A stretch of 64,000 bases of DNA from Lama guanicoe (lineage: Eukaryota), in the NCBI GenBank assembly GCA_013239625.1, contig MU054391.1, forward strand, positions 992,001-1,056,000, read 5' to 3'. The notes beneath the pieces are model-generated. The model made no database searches, was not told the origin of the DNA, and saw only the letters and a list, made by a program, of their open reading frames with translations. This document shows, in pieces, positions 57,701 to 64,000 of the stretch (its first letter is position 1; every line of letters begins with the position of its first letter). Both the position numbers and the translations under genes were made by a program.

Positions 57701-60700
57701 GAGAGGGGCCCGGGACACATTAGCTCAGGGGGAACCTTTAACTCTCCCTGCATTCCTCCCAAATTCCTAAGTGTAGGCATGAAAAAGACATTCAACAGCT
57801 GGCGGAACCTCCACCTCAGATCCCGAACAAACGGGCTGTCAACACCAATCAGAAGCTCCGTGGTCTTGCGGGAGAGGCACACGTGGCGTGCCATCAGCGA
57901 AGCCTTGAAAGATGCAGCCATGGCGTTCTCTTCTTGCCTGTCCCCTTTCATTCACTGGCGTGGCTGCACGGGTGACAGCCAGGGGTGTCGTCCCAAACGT
58001 GCATTGCCAGTGCAAATCAGCACCCGAGGAGACGGGTCTCGTCACTTCAGAGACAGGCCCAGGTGGTTCTCCCTTGTGTACTGTGTGCTGGGAACAGCAG
58101 CACATCGTCACAATCCTGCCGCAGGTTGAATTAATTCTTTGTCTTCTCAGAAAACAGGCTCCCCCTCCCACCTGCAGGACTGCAGCAGCCACCGCAGGCT
58201 GAAGGGACAAGGGCAGGCCTGGAGTCCCTCTGAATTTCTTGGCAAGACAGTCTCACCAGCGGCCAGGGGCAAATTCAATGAAAACACAGGGATGTGCACT
58301 GTACGGCTCTCCTGGGGTGACTGGGCGCATCCAGGTTTTGTCTATAAACAGAGGACACGATGCTCTCTGCTCCCTCTTTTCGGGTCCTCGTGTTACGGGG
58401 GGGACAGACCAAGGAGGGCGATGGTGTTGGCTGAGGGGCCTGATCCCGGTGATTAAGGAGCACAGGTGACCGCTGTGCAGTGCGCAGGGAGGGGGAGGCA
58501 AAAGGAATGCGGGTTCCCATGCACCTTTCAGTAACGCCGGGTCCGGTGGGAACAGCTCAGGGAAGACCAGGGCCCCCCGGACAGACAGACGCAGGGGTCC
58601 CTGGGAGGGAGTCGCCTGGCAGGGCTGTGACTGAAGGCAAAAGCAGCAGAGCCGGGGATGTGGACGTGGGGGATGTGGGCGGAGACCCGGGGAGTGGAGG
58701 AAACCCAGCGTTTCTCCTTTGCGTCGTCACATGCTCTTCACATCGAGCTGCTCATTGTCTCCTTCCCCTCTCTCACAAGTGACCCTACAGTGTTGGTGGG
58801 CTGTGGGATTCAGGAGACTGACGTGGGACTGTGGCTTGGAGGACCCCGAGGTCTTGGGCTTGGAGCCGGCACAATGTTGGGGTCATCCTTTCTTTGCAGG
58901 GGTGGAACCTTGTGAGCAAGAGGCAGTTACAGTGAACGCGCAAGTACTTTCCCGGGACGTACGGCCACGCTGGGCGGTAAGGGGTCGTAGTAGTGAGCAT
59001 CTGTTTCGTTTTGATCCTTCGTCGAGGACCTTCTCTCCCTGTGAGCCTTGCCACAGCAGCAGGATGGGGCCCCGGGCAACTGGGGCAGGTCTGGTGCCCG
59101 AGGAAACGGTGGGGACGTTCCGAGGGATGCGCCCAGCTGTGGCCCGGGCATCGGTGGGGCCGCACAGCCCTCCCCCGTCCTCCCCAACTAGGCACTGTGG
59201 ACTCCAAGATGATTATCTTGTCAGTAAATTGCCTTTGCTGCTTACTTGAGCAAACTGGTTTCTCCTTCTCGAGCCAAAAAACCCCGACAGCACAAAAGCA
59301 CAAAACACAGAGACACACAGGCACCCATGCAAACCCCACCCCACCCCAAGCTGCGGAACGGAGCCCCTCCAGGGCTCACCAGTCCCACCACCCCTTGCAC
59401 TATTGTCATCATGCTAACTCCTGGCCTGCTTGCTCCCTGGGCCGGCATGCTCTTCCCGTCACTTAGAAAGACACCACTTCCACGGGAGGCAGCTCTTCAC
59501 CCCGGATCCCACGCCATTCGACTTCTAAGAATTCTCTCTCCAGCTACAAATGCAAAACCTCTTAGGCTCAGGACCGGACGTACATTGAACCAGAGTCTAC
59601 ACCATAGAGGGAAGGAAGCAAGTGAGCAGGCTCGAAATGAAGCTCTTCTTGGCTCTGTCGGCTCCCGCCCATCATGGTGTCGAGATGCAAGAGACTTCGC
59701 CAGGAGGAGCATCTTAACAGCATCTCTCTGGTGTGTGGTCTTCACTTGTGATGAGGGACGACGCCTGGTTTGCCCTTCACTACGCTCCACAGCAGGAGCT
59801 CTGCTTCCCAGCTACAGAACACAATGCCGTTGTCTCATTCTGCTCTCGAAACACACACAGGAGCCAGGCAAGCAGCACCAGGACCAACCGCACCACATCT
59901 CCTGGGGGCCCCGCCCGACTCCTGAACCAGGATCAGCACTTGACCGTAACTCCCAGGTGATTTGTACAGAAGGGAAAGTTTGAGAAGCATTGGATCAGAC
60001 CAGCGCTTCCCGACAGAGACAGAACGCGAGCTTCAAACGCATCCGAAACTTCCCAGTAGCTACGTGTATAAAGCAAGCAGGAACAGGGGACTTAACCTTC
60101 ATAATACACGTCATCCAGTCCCGTTTATCTGGAACATTATCATTCCAAGTGTAATCAGCATGAAGTCCATCAACAAGACACTTCACCTTTTTTGTGTGCA
60201 GCTCTAGTCTTTGCTGTCTGGTGACTCTGGCTCTGCTTGGAGCCTCAGTTGAGCGTGACAGGAAGAGAGACACGGCCGCTCCACGGCTTCCAGGTGGGAG
60301 CTCCGTCAGTCCCGAATGTCCCGGGTTGGCCGGGGCCCTCCTTGCTTTCTCCCGGTCATCCCCACGCTTCAGGGCTTGAATTTCGCTGCACCCCCTCTGC
60401 CACCCACTCGCCAACCTCCCGCACGTCCAGTGTGGGCAGCAACATGTAGTGTGTTTCCTTGTCCGTCTTTGACCAACGTCAGTTTCCAAACCTCTCCCTG
60501 CATCGATCAATCGCTTATTGACTGAGGGCCGCTTTGATGGGACGATGGCTTGGGGTTCTTCAGAGCTCCCCCAAACGTCTGTGTCCCCGAGCACGGCTGT
60601 CTGTCCTTGGGCCTGCCTTCACCTGCACCAGAGGAGCATTTCCAAAGCCGGGGCTGGACACCAGTCCGCTTCATGGAGGCCATGAGAGATGGGAATCGGA

Positions 60701-60941
60701 CGCTCATGATCTAATTTATGTAAGTCCGTTGTCTGTTTTAAACAGCTGACTTTAACATACATGATTGCAACTCATTTCCCAAAAGCAATTACTTTCCAAA
60801 AAGAAATAAAAGCAAAAATCAGTATTAGAATTATAGCAAATTAGAAGTAAAAAGGCCACATTAGAGATTGTCGATGTTACAGTATAGGACACCGAGGCCT
60901 AGAGAGGTGGGGACTGGTTCACACACAGTGACGAGAGAGAC

Positions 60942-60964
60942 GGGGGGGAGGGGGAGGGGGAGGG
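60942..60964 (+). other. Canonical G-quadruplex motif G7-A-G5-A-G5-A-G3
   Basis: gggggggagggggagggggaggg. Confidence 0.7.
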
Positions 60965-62692
60965 AAAGGAAGTTCACAATCTGAAACTAATCGGAGCTTT
61001 TAACAGGACACAGCCGCTCACTGGAGATGGAGTGTTGGCACCATGAAAGAATCCGGCCGTCTCTCCACTGCAGTCACACCATCTTAAAGACTTCTAAGAA
61101 TATTTGGTTAGCAGGAAATTAAAAAGCTATTTACTTGTGGGCCTACAGAGCCCAAACTGGGACATGAACTCCAATGAGTAAGTCATCTGCACCGAGGGCT
61201 TCAAGCTAAGGTTGCAAGGACAGCCTGGAACCTGCTGTCTCCTGTGCTTGGGCCGCGTACACCGGGGGAGAGGGGACAAATACGCCAGAGGCTTCGTGAC
61301 ACGCCTTCCAGGCATTATTTCATTCCATGTGAAAGTCAGAAAATGCACGTACAGAGCAATGTGAGTGACGCAGGAGCACTCAAACTCGTTCACAGCGTCG
61401 CCCCCTTGACCTGAGCCACAGGACCCCAGAGCGTCACGCTGGCTGAGACTGGGCTTAACTGCTCAAGGCATGGTGGGTACCACCAGGAGCCCTGGCGCAC
61501 CGCACACCATCTCCTCAGTGCAGCACAGCTCCGTCCTCGGAAGGTGAGTTTCCAGAAGAGCCAAAATCGATCCTATAAGTAAAACAAACGCCACACTTAC
61601 TGATACTCTGGAGACAAAGGCCAAACGCGGTCGGACGGGAGCCAGGTAGATTCTCACACGGGGCCTCTAAACTGGTTCCAAAAGACAACTCTCAGAAGAG
61701 AAGGTTACACGTGTTGATCACGGCCATTTAGACACGTGTCACCATCCACGATGCGACCACGGGAAGCCCTGGAGGTTCCCCCAAATCACTTGCTGGGCTG
61801 CGGGCTCCCGTGGCTCCTGGTTGTGGAGGAAGGCGGTGTAGCTTAAGCAAACGCAGTAACAAGAGAGGCAGACAAGCCACTGTAGACACAGACAAGCAGC
61901 AACGGCGGCGGCAGGGCCCAGGGGCCTCGCGTCCCCTGCAGCCGAGGCAGCCCTGCCTGCCAGTGAGCAAAGGAGGGAGGCCGCCGGGCCCTTCGCCACT
62001 GTCGTTTGTCCCAGGAGGTCTGAGTGCATCCAGTGGGGGACACTTTGAGGTGATCCGTGGGGCTGAGCCCCCTGCCATCCCTCCCCTGCGGCCCTGTGCC
62101 ATCAGGAAGGGCTGCATGGGGGCCGGGAGACAGCCTGGCAGGGCTGGGAGAAAGGGCAGTAGATGCCCAAAGGGGGCGGGTGGGGGCAGGTGGGATGCAT
62201 GATGTGCAGAGGCCGTGGGCTGGGTGGAGGCTTCGGGGGAGAAGGCAGAGCTGCTGGCCTGAGTTCACAGGCGAGGCGTGAGAGGGAAGGATACACAGAT
62301 CAAACGTGGTGAGCACGCTCAGGGCATCTTAGCTGTAGCTTCCATTCTGTTTTTCAAGTTACGTGTGTATTGTCACCCACTATCAAATGCAGGTAAACAG
62401 TAAAGAAATGTGTCGTAAAATTCCGCCGACCAGCCTCAACGCCATCAGCCTACATCACACACGCCCCGACAGTTTCAAACACCGCGTTCTATTCCTTATC
62501 CCAAAACTAATCATTAAAGGACAAAACCCATCCACCTGGCTCTTACTCAGCTGCTTCTGTTTTTAAGTGAGCCGTCTCTCTGCAGTTTAAGAGTCACAAT
62601 GCGATCCTCTTTCAGTCCTTAGTTACCAAAAACTAGGCGAACTGAGTTGCCACTTACTCATTCAACAGTATTTGCAAAACTTGGAGGTTGAA

Positions 62693-62830
62693 GAATCACA
62701 GAACTTTCAAACTCAGAGAACCTTAGAGAACACTGTTGTCTCGTTTACATTTACAGCTGAGGGGACAGAGGCCCCAAGAAGTCAGGCGTGTTGCCTCTGC
62801 CAAGACTGCTTCGGTGGCCGGGCCAGCGGT
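62693..62830 (-). mobile_element. MIR3/MIR SINE fragment
   Basis: 'gaatcacagaactttcaaactcagagaaccttagagaacac...catttacagctgaggggacagaggcccca' resembles antisense MIR3. Confidence 0.55.
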
Positions 62831-62959
62831 TAACTGCTTACATGCAGCCCAGAGGTCACAAGGGAAGGGAGACAGCACAAAAAAACACATCCGTCTTTGA
62901 CCAGGATTTCATGTTGCTGTACTTAGTTTTATGCTGGCGGCTCTAGCTAATTTATGAAC

Positions 62960-63100
62960 TAGAACACAAATAGAAAAGAAGAAATTATACATATTATCAC
63001 ATGTAATTTATATATATAGCTATATTTTTAGAATATGTAACTGTATTTATTATGTACAATTATGTATATACTATTTAATACAAACTATGTAATACACAGA
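62960..63100. repeat. AT-rich / (TA)n low-complexity tract
   Basis: Seen directly in the sequence. Confidence 0.7.
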
Positions 63101-63234
63101 AAACCCAAGGGAATCTGAAACCCGCAGAAGCCTAAGCAGGCACAGCCTGGTCCCTGAAGACAAGTGCGTCGCCCCGAATGCTCTCGCTCGGGCCCTGCCG
63201 TTGGGCGGGTGCTCGGCATCCCGCAGCCTCGCGG

Positions 63235-63435
63235 CCCGAGTCTGAGCACGGCTTCCCCACTTCTTGGCTCAGGAACTTCCTGAGCAAGTTACTTCATCGC
63301 TCCCTGCGTCTGTTTCCTCACCTGCAAAATGAGGGAAATGGTAGGGTTGTTCTGAGGATTCAAAGAATTGATTCATATGAAGTGTAGGAAAAAAGTTGAC
63401 ACAGCTTCTCGGTATGTGGTACACGTCCCATCGAT
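63235..63435 (+). mobile_element. MIR SINE
   Basis: 'tgagcaagttacttcatcgctccctgcgtctgtttcctcacctgcaaaatgaggg...tagggttgttctgaggattcaa' is the MIR core. Confidence 0.85.
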
Positions 63436-63770
63436 GCCGGAGGAGACAAGAGTGACTGCTCTTGTCACTACAAACAAGGATGGTGATTTCCGCTCGGAAT
63501 GAGTAGAAAGGGACTGAGAATTTGGAAGGAAGAAAAAATTTATATTCAATATTCTATTTATTTTGAAAAATCGAAACCAAATGACAACCTGCTAGCGTTA
63601 GGCAATCTTGGTTGATGTGCAGTTGGTGTCAGACAACATTCCTGTTTTTCTGTGCATCTGAAATTGTTCATAATTTAAAATATGGAAAAACTTTGCCAGG
63701 GTAGCCTAACACCTTTTTCTTTTCATCTTTATCCCCTCCAGACATAACGATACTAATGGACGGTCTTATC

Positions 63771-64000
63771 TTTTAACCTTTTTAAAAATTATAAAATAAG
63801 ATACAGATACAGGAACGTGACATGAAACAGACGTAGAGCTGAGCGAAGGTTACAAGGCAAAACACCCTGCTGCCCCCCATTCAGGCCAAAAGTGGGGCTT
63901 TGCTAGTGTGCGCCCCGTGGGCGCCCCTCTGTGTGCCCCACCCCGTCCCGTCACCTCCATCTCCCCCATGTTACCCACTGTCCTGCAGAGTCCCCACAAC
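63771..64000 (-). mobile_element. Old L1 (L1ME/MD-like) 3' end, running off the window
   Basis: 'aattataaaataagatacagatacaggaacgtgaca...ttacaaggcaaaacaccc...ccccccattcaggcc...gttacccactgtcctg' resembles an antisense L1ME tail. Confidence 0.55.

Noticed and set aside
1-64000. Naming the host gene or claiming a novel biological system
   Set aside because: No candidate exon translates to a protein I recognise, and all large-scale structure is explained by known repeats, compositional drift and a probable promoter region. A BLAST or synteny search is needed.

Overview
Mammalian genomic DNA, very probably camelid (Camelus/Vicugna/Lama), judged from a tRNA-derived SINE of the camelid type at 35.2-35.5 kb and artiodactyl-type L1 tails. 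No prokaryotic features, CRISPR arrays or RNA genes are present, and I recognise no protein-coding exon. Almost all ORFs in the supplied track are chance ORFs in GC-rich DNA, a minisatellite or L1/L2 remnants. The window reads as intronic and promoter sequence of a large gene, probably transcribed on the minus strand (long A-runs predominate on +, and several good minus-strand splice signals occur). Layout: (1) 1-42 kb is GC/CpG-rich, with old L2, MIR, MLT1, MER5A1 and L1 copies that appear drifted towards GC, a 5'-inverted (twin-primed) L1, a 54-bp minisatellite and a SINE dimer. (2) About 43-54.7 kb is mostly AT-rich and repeat-poor, with promoter/enhancer-like motif clusters, several alternating purine-pyrimidine tracts, an A51 run and a 194-N assembly gap that may hide a first exon. 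(3) 55-64 kb is moderately GC-rich with old repeats. I cannot name the host gene. I find no convincing novel biological system. The best leads are a candidate SRRM4-type microexon (33040-33055), recursive-splice-like AG|GT sites, a putative multi-promoter region next to the gap, and an E-box minisatellite. Repeat family calls rest on recalled consensus sequences and their boundaries are approximate.
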